The notes beneath the pieces were generated by a model that worked only from the letters and a program-made list of their open reading frames with translations, was not told the origin of the DNA and ran no database searches. The position numbers were made by a program, and so were the translations under genes. Shown piece after piece: positions 1-7,346 of a stretch of 31,444 nucleotides of DNA (positions within the stretch are counted from its first letter, which is position 1; every line of letters starts with the position of its first letter). The stretch is from a virus (Duplodnaviria > Caudoviricetes): the IMG/VR virus record IMGVR_UViG_3300040985_000395, positions 1-31,444 of that record. One strand, 5' to 3'.

Positions 1-979
1 CAGGGTAGATGCGGCGCACGGTGGGGTATGTCTGCTTGATGAACTGCGCCGCCTGCTCTGCGTCACAGTTGGGCAGCTCGTGCTCACCAATGACATGCAG
101 ACGCGACTGCGTGCGCCAGAACACGACGAAGGCGAACGGGTTGACATTGAAATCCATGCCCACGCACACCTCGGCGTCGGCTGGTTTGTCCACATCCACG
201 CTATGCACTTCGGGGTCATAGCTATGGAATACGCGGCCTGTGGACAGGTTCACAAACTTGCCATAGACGTAGGCTTCGGCTGCGGCCTCGTCATACGTGT
301 TGACCAGGCGGGCCACGTAGTCATGCGGCAGCGCCTTGTTGGCCGTGCTCGCAGACTGCACTAGGCCCAGGTCATGCTTGGCGCGCATGTCGCCCTGGAA
401 CAGATCGTAGCCCCACCCGACGACGCCTTCGGGCGTGCCGGTAATGTCAATTTCGCGGTGCCGCGCCTGTGGATGACGCACGCGGGCAAGCACCTGTTCG
501 AACATTGCCAGCGGTTGGATGAACGGTTCATCGATCCCTGCCGCTGCCACGTTGCTGCCTTTGAGGCGCTCCGGTCGTTCGCCGGACATGCAGAGGATGG
601 TGGCTTGGCGCTGGCCAAGGCGGATATCAAAGCGGTATGGCTGCGAGCGGTACAGGTGATAGCTGAGCTCTGGCTCGTTGCGACACTTGCCGTCTAGCAG
701 CTCGTCAATGGTCTGCACGATCGTGGTCAGCGCGAACGGGTAGGACGGGCTGACGGTGATGACGGGCACGGGCGCATTGCGCAGCGCCAGCCAGATCATG
801 CGCTTACCTAGTGCCAACGTCTTGCCGCCGCCGTAGCCGGTGACCAGGCCACGGATGAAGTTGGGCAGGTTCCACCATTCGCGCTGATGTTCGAACATGC
901 CGCCGCGTGTAATGCTGCCATCGCCGGCAAGCTGCGGATCGTCAACCCGCCAGAACGGTGCAACGACTGTGCTAGTCAA
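1..979 (-). CDS. terL: Terminase large subunit, N-terminal part (continues across the junction into 31346-31010)
   Basis: Translated by hand from TTG at 979 (absent from the ORF track because it runs off the end): Walker A VTGYGGGKT, Walker B AAAGIDEP, coupling motif ITGTPEG, nuclease start VGMDFNVNP. The frame is open to position 2 and matches ORF 31010-31363; about 437 aa in total. Confidence 0.93.
   Translation of the reverse strand, partial: MTSTVVAPFWRVDDPQLAGDGSITRGGMFEHQREWWNLPNFIRGLVTGYGGGKTLALGKRMIWLALRNAPVPVITVSPSYPFALTTIVQTIDELLDGKCRNEPELSYHLYRSQPYRFDIRLGQRQATILCMSGERPERLKGSNVAAAGIDEPFIQPLAMFEQVLARVRHPQARHREIDITGTPEGVVGWGYDLFQGDMRAKHDLGLVQSASTANKALPHDYVARLVNTYDEAAAEAYVYGKFVNLSTGRVFHSYDPEVHSVDVDKPADAEVCVGMDFNVNPFAFVVFWRTQSRLHVIGEHELPNCDAEQAAQFIKQTYPTVRRIYP
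3..98. repeat. Terminal direct repeat, copy 1 (96 bp; circular assembly overlap)
   Basis: GGGTAGATGCGG...CAATGACATGC is identical to 31347-31442; the identity breaks at positions 2 and 99. Confidence 0.95.
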
Positions 980-1337
980 AGCGCGGGTCCGGCTCCACAT
1001 CCTCGATGGTCATGGTCACTTCACGCTTAGCCCATCGGTCAGGCCAACGGCGCTCGAGCATCCACGCGGCAGCGGTCCATTGTTTCTCGGTGTGGCGCAG
1101 GATCTTGCCCATGAATCCGGCCTCGGCTTGCGCCTCTGCCTTTTCTAAAGCCGTTGCAAAGTCCTGATGGCGTGCCCTGTGCGCTCTCATTGTCGCCGGG
1201 TTGACTCCGTGGATCTGTGCAGCACGATCAGGCCACACGCCTAGCGCCACGGTCTTGACGATGGACGCAATAGCGTCTGCCGTCATTGCTGACCGTGGCC
1301 TGCCCACTGCCTTTTTGGCCTTGCGCTTACTCGCCAA
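972..1337 (-). CDS. terS: Terminase small subunit
   Basis: Basic N-terminus with GRPR, an HTH-like segment (PDRAAQIHGVNPATM), FATALEKAEAQAE and WTAAAWMLERRWP motifs; lies directly upstream of and overlaps terL. Confidence 0.8.
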   Translation of the reverse strand: MASKRKAKKAVGRPRSAMTADAIASIVKTVALGVWPDRAAQIHGVNPATMRAHRARHQDFATALEKAEAQAEAGFMGKILRHTEKQWTAAAWMLERRWPDRWAKREVTMTIEDVEPDPRFD

Positions 1338-1355
1338 GGGTTGCCCTTTTGGCCG

Positions 1356-1652
1356 TCACTGGGTAGCCCCCAACGTGATGCGCTCGAGACTGGCCTGCAT
1401 TGCGACGGATTCGCGCAGCCTGTGCTCAGTATCGCGCACGCCGTAGATGATGGTGCTGTGATGCCTGGCAAGCAGTGCGCCGATGCTTTGCAGGGTCCAG
1501 CCTTGCTCGCGGTGCAGGATATACATCAGCAACTTGCGAGGTGTGCTGACTGCGTGCTTGCGGGTGCTGCCGCGCAGATCATCGGCCAGTATGCCAAACT
1601 CGTGGCACACGCTGGCAATGATCGGATCGGCCTGGTCGGGGGTGCCGGTCAA
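1356..1652 (-). CDS. Stand-alone DnaA C-terminal (domain IV, Bac_DnaA_C-like) HTH protein
   Basis: IIASVCHEFGILADDLRGSTRKHAVSTPRKLLMYILHREQGWTLQSIGALLARHHSTIIYGV follows the DnaA domain IV pattern (R...V..PRQ.AMYL......SL..IG..F.RDHTTV.YA). The TTG start is uncertain. Confidence 0.8.
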   Translation of the reverse strand: MTGTPDQADPIIASVCHEFGILADDLRGSTRKHAVSTPRKLLMYILHREQGWTLQSIGALLARHHSTIIYGVRDTEHRLRESVAMQASLERITLGATQ

Positions 1653-1654
1653 GA

Positions 1655-1674
1655 TTGTGGCACTATATCCACAA
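1655..1674. promoter_or_regulatory. Inverted repeat TTGTGG-N8-CCACAA containing a DnaA-box-like 9-mer
   Basis: ATATCCACA at 1665-1673 matches 8 of 9 positions of TTATCCACA. The repeat lies immediately upstream of the mini-DnaA start. Confidence 0.4.
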
Positions 1675-1698
1675 GGGCACAGCGGCGCAAATCTGCGG

Positions 1699-2799
1699 TC
1701 AGTCGCCCAGCTCCATCAGGATGCGCCACGCTTGCGCTGCGCACTGCGGGACTTGCCCGTTGCCCAATGCACGCAGACGGTGAACCCTAGCGGCCACCCC
1801 ATTAGCCACTCGACCCACAGCGGGTTCAGAGGCCCACCAATCTGCTCGCTCAATGGCCGCGAGTTTCTGGCGTGCGTGGCTGCGCTGACCTTGCCGCTTC
1901 GCCAGTCGCGTGCTGTCGGCGTCGGTATCCGCTTCGCCACTGCTGTGGCCAGATCGTCGCCGCCCGATCCCGGTCGGTGGACCCTCGCATAATCCGGCCC
2001 GATTGGGCTGGCCTTCGGCGTGGGCCACATTGCCACCACCATGCCCAGGTCCACATTCTTGCCGCGCCTCCATTCGCGCTCTGCTCCCGCTCTGCTCCTG
2101 CTGCCTTTGGACCCGTCCGACGCTTTCGGCGTCGGTAGTAGCGGCGTCGGCCACTTGTCCAGTTTCGCCATTGTCGCCAGACTGGGTTTTCCTGCTTGCT
2201 TGAACGTCGTGCCGTCTGGACGCTTGCCGTTGTTCGTCGTCCCGTACTGCTGTGCCGTTGGCGTCGGTAGCCAGCAACCACCACCGCTTGCGGAGGTGCG
2301 GTGCGCCAACATCTGCCGCACTGACGCAGATCGCTGGCGGGACTCTGTAGCCCAACCGTCGAAGGTCTCGCCAGGGTTCTTCGAATGCGGCCAAAGAAAC
2401 ATTTTCTGCATAGACATAGCGGGGTCTTACTTCCTCGATGATGCGGGCCATTTCAGGCCACAGGTGACGCGGGTCTGCCGTGCCCAGTTGCTTACCAGCG
2501 CACGAGAACGGTTGGCACGGGAAACCGCCGGCGACGACATCGACCAGGCCGCGCCAAGGCCGACCGTCGAATGTCCGCACGTCGTCGTAAATCTCGAATG
2601 GCGGCAGTGTGCCGTCGTCAATGCGCTCGCGCAGCACTTGGCGGCAGTAGGGGTCAATCTCGACCGCGCAGACCGGCTCGTGGCCAAGCAGCATTCCGCC
2701 GAGGATGCCGCCGCCCGCGCCCGCGAACAGATGCAACTCCCGTAAAGGTTCCGCCGTGCTGGAGCTGCACCCTTTGTCATTGCTTTTAACTGCCATCAA
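1699..2799 (-). CDS. DNA cytosine-C5 methyltransferase (alpha-type polypeptide)
   Basis: Motif I LHLFAGAGG, motif IV AGGFPCQPFS, motif VI YAENV, motif VIII APHLRKRWW, motif X RLRALGNGQVP. No motif IX in this frame. Confidence 0.92.
   Translation of the reverse strand: MMAVKSNDKGCSSSTAEPLRELHLFAGAGGGILGGMLLGHEPVCAVEIDPYCRQVLRERIDDGTLPPFEIYDDVRTFDGRPWRGLVDVVAGGFPCQPFSCAGKQLGTADPRHLWPEMARIIEEVRPRYVYAENVSLAAFEEPWRDLRRLGYRVPPAICVSAADVGAPHLRKRWWLLATDANGTAVRDDEQRQASRRHDVQASRKTQSGDNGETGQVADAATTDAESVGRVQRQQEQSGSRARMEARQECGPGHGGGNVAHAEGQPNRAGLCEGPPTGIGRRRSGHSSGEADTDADSTRLAKRQGQRSHARQKLAAIERADWWASEPAVGRVANGVAARVHRLRALGNGQVPQCAAQAWRILMELGD
1716..2417 (-). CDS. Overlapping alternative-frame partner (beta-type polypeptide) of the C5 methyltransferase
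   Basis: 233-aa ORF nested in the MTase gene with repeated (W/L/I)PTP-x-A units and LNPLWVEWLMGWPLGFT, which resembles motif IX. GAGGAAG lies upstream of the ATG. Confidence 0.7.
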   Translation of the reverse strand: MSMQKMFLWPHSKNPGETFDGWATESRQRSASVRQMLAHRTSASGGGCWLPTPTAQQYGTTNNGKRPDGTTFKQAGKPSLATMAKLDKWPTPLLPTPKASDGSKGSRSRAGAEREWRRGKNVDLGMVVAMWPTPKASPIGPDYARVHRPGSGGDDLATAVAKRIPTPTARDWRSGKVSAATHARNSRPLSEQIGGPLNPLWVEWLMGWPLGFTVCVHWATGKSRSAQRKRGAS

Positions 2800-2848
2800 T
2801 GATTGTTAAGGACTCCAGCACGGCGGTGGGGGAACGTCCCCCGAATGA

Positions 2849-5059
2849 TTATGCGAACAGTGTAGCCTGCTTGCCGCTAGCCTCTGCATTGGCGAGGTTG
2901 GCGCACGCCTGATTGAAATAACTGCGCTTCAGTTCAAGGCCGACGAACTGCCGCCCCTCCTGCAATGCCACGTATCCCTCGCTGCCAATGCCAGCGAACG
3001 GCGATAACACGATGTCGTCTGGCCGCGACCACAGCCGCAGAGCGCGCCTGATCACGTCAAGCTGGAGCGGGCATATATGTCGCTCGTCCTCCTCCTCGCG
3101 TGCGCTGCGGTGCTGGAGCGTGTCCGATGGGTTGATGTCCATCCAGACCGGGCTGGCGTAGCCTTGCCACTCCTGCACTGGAAAGGTCTGGTTCGTATGC
3201 GTAACGGGGTCGATGTTCTCGCCCGGCTTGCGCATCGTCACGAGGTAGTCGGGGATGCCTTGCCGGCTCATGCAGCTATCCTTCTTGAGCTGCTTGTGCA
3301 GCAATCCCAGCGCCTTCGTGCGCTGCATCGCGGTGACGGGATCTTTCCAGATCGTGACCTCGCTGTGATAGATCCATCCGGCGTCGGCAAATGATCGAAT
3401 CATCTCGCCGCGAAAGTCGCGAATGCCAATGTATCCGTCTCTCGCCTTGCTCGTAGGCAAGTTCATACAGTGGAACGAAAGCAGCCTTCCAGGCTTCGTC
3501 ACGCGATAAATCTCGCGCACCAAGTATGCAAAGTGATCATAGAACTCGGCATCATCGGTGCAGTTGCCCATGTCGCGCTCGCTGGCGCTGTATGTGTAAA
3601 GACTTGCGAACGGTGGCGAGAATACCGTAAACCCTACGCTCTCATCATCGACGTTGCGGATCGTCTCCACGCAGTCGCCAAGGTAAACCGTCCATCCGTT
3701 ACCCTGCTGCGTCTCAGTCTCGTATTCGTTCGTCATCCTGCGAATCCCCTGCGTGTTGATCTTCGTAATGTCGGCCATGTTGGCGACCATCGCCTCGGCC
3801 ATCTGCTGCGCGTCGCGCTCCTTGCGCTTGACGTTGTCTACAACCGCACCTTCAGCAGTGCTTGTAATCACATGCACGTGGACATCGCGGTCTTGGCCAA
3901 AGCGCCAGCATCGGCGCACGGACTGATACATGGCCTCGTAACTGTCACTCAGACCTACGAAAACCACATTCCGGCACCTCTGAAAGTTCATCCCGAATCC
4001 AGCGATCTTCGGTTTGGTCACTAGCACCCGCACTCTGCCGTCAGCGAACGCCATCATAGTAAGCTCTTTGTGCTCGTTAGTATCGCTGCCCGATACCTGC
4101 ACGGCCCCGTCAATGGCTGCTGTCAACTGATCGCCTTCGGCGTTCATGTCGCACCAGACCAACAACTGCTCGTCAGATGCGTTGCATATCTCGGCTGCGA
4201 TCCGCACTCGATCAGCAAGACTAGCGCGCCGAGCTGCACGTCTATCTTGCATCGACATCTTACCAACATCGAACAGCATGCCGACAGTTTGCGCCTTCAC
4301 TTCGGAGACGTGCTCGTGATACTCCAGGTTGGGCAGATCGTATCCATCGTCGGCGTGGCCGATGTCGGATGGCTTGCGGATCATCACTGCCCAAGAGCAG
4401 ACCCATTCCCAGAATGATCGCGTTGCATGGCCCTTGACCCTCCACTTCTGCGTCTCTCCTCCGTCGTGACAGAAGAACATCGACAACATCTCAACGCGAC
4501 TCATCGCGCCCAAGAACTCGGCATGGTTGCCAAGCTCCATGTGGTCGTTCGGTGCTGGCGTCGCCGTGCATGCCAGCCGGTATGGCGTCGCGCCGAACGT
4601 GTCGATGATCTGGTTGCGGATCTTGCCAGTGAATGCCTTGAGGATGCTGCTCTCGTCCAGCACGACGCCAGCGTATGCCGATGCATCGAAATGGTGCAGC
4701 ATCTCGTAGTTCGTGACGACAATACGCGCGTCGCCAACGTCGTCGTCTGACCGCGCCAACACGACGCCGTCAATCCCAAACTTCTGCGCCTCGCGAACAG
4801 TCTGCGCGGCCACGGCCAGCGGTGCCAAGATCATCACGGCGTTGCCGGACTTGTCTGCGATCTGCCTTGCCCATTCGAGTTGGATTCCCGTCTTGCCCAT
4901 ACCGCAGTCTGCAAAGATCGCAGCGCGTCCGCGCCGGCAAGCCCACGTCACCAGATCGCGCTGGAATTCGAACAACAAACTGCCATGCGGAATGTTTGGA
5001 TCAAACCCGCAAGGGTTCACCATTGGCGTCTTGCCATTAAGAAAGTTGACGTATTCCAT
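2849..5059 (-). CDS. SNF2-like SF2 helicase fused to a beta-class N4-C/N6-A DNA methyltransferase
   Basis: Helicase motifs ADCGMGKT, VVLDESS, TATPAPND, GFGMNFQ and QSVRRCWRFGQ. C-terminal MTase motifs GDCVE, VFSPPF, HICPLQ and LSPFAGIGS. Confidence 0.9.
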   Translation of the reverse strand: MEYVNFLNGKTPMVNPCGFDPNIPHGSLLFEFQRDLVTWACRRGRAAIFADCGMGKTGIQLEWARQIADKSGNAVMILAPLAVAAQTVREAQKFGIDGVVLARSDDDVGDARIVVTNYEMLHHFDASAYAGVVLDESSILKAFTGKIRNQIIDTFGATPYRLACTATPAPNDHMELGNHAEFLGAMSRVEMLSMFFCHDGGETQKWRVKGHATRSFWEWVCSWAVMIRKPSDIGHADDGYDLPNLEYHEHVSEVKAQTVGMLFDVGKMSMQDRRAARRASLADRVRIAAEICNASDEQLLVWCDMNAEGDQLTAAIDGAVQVSGSDTNEHKELTMMAFADGRVRVLVTKPKIAGFGMNFQRCRNVVFVGLSDSYEAMYQSVRRCWRFGQDRDVHVHVITSTAEGAVVDNVKRKERDAQQMAEAMVANMADITKINTQGIRRMTNEYETETQQGNGWTVYLGDCVETIRNVDDESVGFTVFSPPFASLYTYSASERDMGNCTDDAEFYDHFAYLVREIYRVTKPGRLLSFHCMNLPTSKARDGYIGIRDFRGEMIRSFADAGWIYHSEVTIWKDPVTAMQRTKALGLLHKQLKKDSCMSRQGIPDYLVTMRKPGENIDPVTHTNQTFPVQEWQGYASPVWMDINPSDTLQHRSAREEEDERHICPLQLDVIRRALRLWSRPDDIVLSPFAGIGSEGYVALQEGRQFVGLELKRSYFNQACANLANAEASGKQATLFA

Positions 5060-5061
5060 GT

Positions 5062-5703
5062 TTACGCCTCCACCATCGCCATGCGTTCTGCATATGCCTC
5101 GAGCAGTGCGTCACGGTCTACGCCCACAAACTTGCTGGCCTTGGTCTTGGCTGACCATGCCATCATATGCGCCTCGCTGGTGCAGCGACCTAGCGCATCC
5201 TCTGCGTGTTCGCGTGAGTCCCAAGGGGCGACCTTCTTCGGCGTGACTGGCGCATCGTTGCGCGGCTTGGCCTGCTTGGCTTTGACCTTGCGCGGTGCGT
5301 CTGCGATGTCGCCATCGTCGTCGTCCATGCCTGCGGCTAGGCCCAGCAAAGCCAGCGCGGCATACCGTCGCTGATAGGTCACGCTGCCGCCCCATAGGTG
5401 CAGCGGGTTGTGGCGACTGCCTGCGCCCTCGACGCGGATCAGCCTGCATTCGCTCCTGATGCACTCGCCGCTAGTGTGCAGCAGCTTAGTAATCAACAAG
5501 TCGCCGATCACGTTCTCTTCATATCTGTCAGTCTCGAACGTCTGCACCAACGCCAGCCCATGCTTGCATAAAGCTGGCGTGATGACTGACAGGACCGTGC
5601 TCAGGTCGGCGAAGTTGCCGTATTGAGCGCGGGCCGTTTTGTCGATGGTGCCGACCGTCTGATGAAATGCAGCCAGTGCTGCCGTGATGTTCTTGGTGTC
5701 CAT
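5062..5703 (-). CDS. erf: ERF-family single-strand annealing protein
   Basis: From ATG 5703 (MDTKNITAALAAF): YGNFADLSTVL, LLHTSGE and GGSVTYQRRYAALALLGLA..DDDDG, the ERF signature. The track's longer start at 5976 overlaps the upstream gene. Confidence 0.88.
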   Translation of the reverse strand: MDTKNITAALAAFHQTVGTIDKTARAQYGNFADLSTVLSVITPALCKHGLALVQTFETDRYEENVIGDLLITKLLHTSGECIRSECRLIRVEGAGSRHNPLHLWGGSVTYQRRYAALALLGLAAGMDDDDGDIADAPRKVKAKQAKPRNDAPVTPKKVAPWDSREHAEDALGRCTSEAHMMAWSAKTKASKFVGVDRDALLEAYAERMAMVEA

Positions 5704-5720
5704 GGTTTGTTTTCCTCTGC

Positions 5721-6182
5721 CTAGTATGCCGCTGGTGCGGCGGTTTTCCACATCCGTTTGCGTTGGCGGATGACCGACCGCGCAAACTTGCGCAGCCGCA
5801 CGTTGTCCGGGTCGCCCTCGAGCAACAGGCGCGTCCTGCTTATGACCGATAGGTGCCGGGGCTGGCGGGACTGCGCATAACGCCAGTGCAGCTCGTCCGG
5901 CAGCGGGTTGGCTTCGTATGCCGCGACCAGGCGCGTGATGTTGGCCTGCACGACTGCCCGCCCTTGGTCGCCCCAATCCGTGCGCGTCGTATCTTGCTGG
6001 CGCAATGCTACGCGATAGGCCAGCCGAAACTGGCGCAGTCGGTCACGCTTGCTCAGGTCTGGCTCCAGTAGGTCGCAATGCTCGAAGCATTGCAGGCACA
6101 TCATGTAGTCCGTGTTGACCGCTGCCGCGCAGCATCCGCTCAACTCCTCGTGGTCCTGGTTCGCGGCTTGTCTATGCGTCAT
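5721..6182 (-). CDS. Hypothetical protein with N-terminal Cys cluster (possible Zn finger)
   Basis: ATG 6182 preceded by GAGGGGG; SGCC...CLQCFEHC. Confidence 0.6.
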   Translation of the reverse strand: MTHRQAANQDHEELSGCCAAAVNTDYMMCLQCFEHCDLLEPDLSKRDRLRQFRLAYRVALRQQDTTRTDWGDQGRAVVQANITRLVAAYEANPLPDELHWRYAQSRQPRHLSVISRTRLLLEGDPDNVRLRKFARSVIRQRKRMWKTAAPAAY

Positions 6183-6372
6183 CGCTGGCCCCCTCGGTTG
6201 CTGCGCGATACGCGTCATGTAGTGCCTTGCGGGCGTCTTTCACCTCCCTAGCACTAAAGTCGGCGGCCCCAGAGTAAACTCGGACGGCATGTTGATAGCT
6301 GCGCAATGCATCTTCGGCAGCGCGTAGGCGGCGAATCAGGCGCTTGATTTCTCTCTCTGGCTTAGGCGTCAT
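6172..6372 (-). CDS. Small helical hypothetical protein
   Basis: ATG 6372 with GAGGGGG RBS; 66 aa, ending AATEGASDDA. Confidence 0.6.
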   Translation of the reverse strand: MTPKPEREIKRLIRRLRAAEDALRSYQHAVRVYSGAADFSAREVKDARKALHDAYRAATEGASDDA

Positions 6373-6395
6373 CGCTGGCCCCCTCGGTTGCTGCG
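6176..6395. repeat. 30-bp direct repeat at consecutive gene junctions (6176-6205 and 6366-6395)
   Basis: GCGTCATCGCTGGCCCCCTCGGTTGCTGCG occurs twice, 190 bp apart; each copy contains the RBS and ATG of the next gene. Confidence 0.9.
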
Positions 6396-6613
6396 TCAAT
6401 CGCAGCATGCAGGGTAGCCCAAGCATCAGCTTGCCTGGAGCGCGCTGCGGCTGCGGCGCGCATGGCGAGGGTGGCGAGGGTGGCGGCGTCGGCGGTGGCA
6501 GCGGCGGCAGCGGCGGCAGCGGCAGCGGCGCAGGCGTTGTGGGCGGCGGCGGTGGTGGCGGTGGCGTGGGCGGTGGCCAGGATGCGGATTTCGCGTGCTT
6601 GCTGAGGCGTCAT
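6362..6613 (-). CDS. Ala-rich hypothetical protein
   Basis: ATG 6613 with GGAGG RBS, in an ATGA overlap with the upstream gene; poly-Ala tract; ends AATEGASDDA. Confidence 0.55.
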   Translation of the reverse strand: MTPQQAREIRILATAHATATTAAAHNACAAAAAAAAAAATADAATLATLAMRAAAAARSRQADAWATLHAAIDAATEGASDDA

Positions 6614-6762
6614 CGCGTCACCTCCACGGCTTGCCAGATGCCGATCAGCCACGCGGCCCCCCAAATCATCAGCAGCATCATCACGCCTGCGCCGATGTCG
6701 TCGAGGATGTCCAGACCGTCACGCTGGCGGTAACGCCCGTGCTGGTCGCGGTAGCCACTCAT
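6610..6762 (-). CDS. Small membrane protein
   Basis: ATG 6762 (ATGA overlap, GGAGG RBS): MSGYRDQHG...AGVMMLLMIWGAAWLIGIW, one hydrophobic helix. Confidence 0.6.
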   Translation of the reverse strand: MSGYRDQHGRYRQRDGLDILDDIGAGVMMLLMIWGAAWLIGIWQAVEVTR

Positions 6763-7016
6763 TGCGCTGCCTCCATTGTGTGGCGGAATCTGTGACGCTG
6801 CAAGATGTCGTCCTGCTGTCGCCAGCGGTCCACGGCGCACGGGATGCAGTCGCCGACGTTGACCACGACGGGCCAATGTCCACGCTCCAGCATCTTGGCG
6901 GCAATCTCGCCAGTGTCGTCTACATCGCGCAGTTGCGCGACCTCGCCCGCGCAGACCAGCCCCATGCCCAAGGCACGGTTGGTCTGCGGGAATTGGTTGT
7001 CATGTTCGCAGGTCAT
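6759..7016 (-). CDS. Hypothetical protein, first gene of the leftward early operon
   Basis: AAGGAAAACAAC precedes the ATG; coupled to the downstream gene. Confidence 0.6.
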   Translation of the reverse strand: MTCEHDNQFPQTNRALGMGLVCAGEVAQLRDVDDTGEIAAKMLERGHWPVVVNVGDCIPCAVDRWRQQDDILQRHRFRHTMEAAQ

Positions 7017-7130
7017 GTTGTTTTCCTTGCGGCGTCACCATGACGCCAGCACCGACAAGGTAACCGATGCGCCTCGTATTCCGTCGTGGTTTGTTGTGTT
7101 TTCTTGCCGCTATGCGTGTATGGTGCGGCC
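7017..7130. promoter_or_regulatory. Divergent control region
   Basis: Non-coding gap between oppositely oriented operons, with a T-rich tract, palindrome GGCGTCA-CCA-TGACGCC (7031-7047), and a -10-like TATGGT (7119-7124) 6 nt before ATG 7131. Confidence 0.55.
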
Positions 7131-7346
7131 ATGGACATCGACATTGACCAGCTATTCGACCGCGTCTCCGTCGCGGAAATCCACCAGGCCACTGGCATCA
7201 ACGCGGGCACGCTGCGCCGACTGCGCGACAACCGCACCAAGCGACTGCACAAGGATACGGCAGCTCGCCTTGCCGCTTGGCTCAAGGTGCCGCTCGAGGC
7301 GGTCAACCGTGCCGTGCGCCTGCGCGGCCAAGGGGCAACGGAATGA
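7131..7346 (+). CDS. Cro/XRE-like HTH regulator
   Basis: MDIDIDQLFDRVSVAEIHQATGINAGTLRRLRDNRTKRLHKDTAARLAAWLKVPLE fits the XRE HTH pattern; first gene of the rightward operon. Confidence 0.75.
   Translation: MDIDIDQLFDRVSVAEIHQATGINAGTLRRLRDNRTKRLHKDTAARLAAWLKVPLEAVNRAVRLRGQGATE

Noticed and set aside
3-98. Terminal repeat as a biological direct terminal repeat
   Set aside because: It falls in the middle of terL and the outermost bases mismatch, which is typical of an assembler overlap on a circular or permuted genome.
1653-1718. Mini-DnaA ORF is in frame with the nested MTase partner across a single TGA, suggesting readthrough fusion
   Set aside because: An in-frame arrangement has a one-in-three chance, and I saw no readthrough signal.
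5704-5976. N-terminal extension of ERF in the ORF track
   Set aside because: It overlaps the upstream gene; the ERF domain begins at ATG 5703, which has AGAGGA upstream.
6176-6395. 30-bp repeats as a CRISPR array or att sites
   Set aside because: Only two copies, separated by a 160-bp coding segment; no cas or integrase genes.
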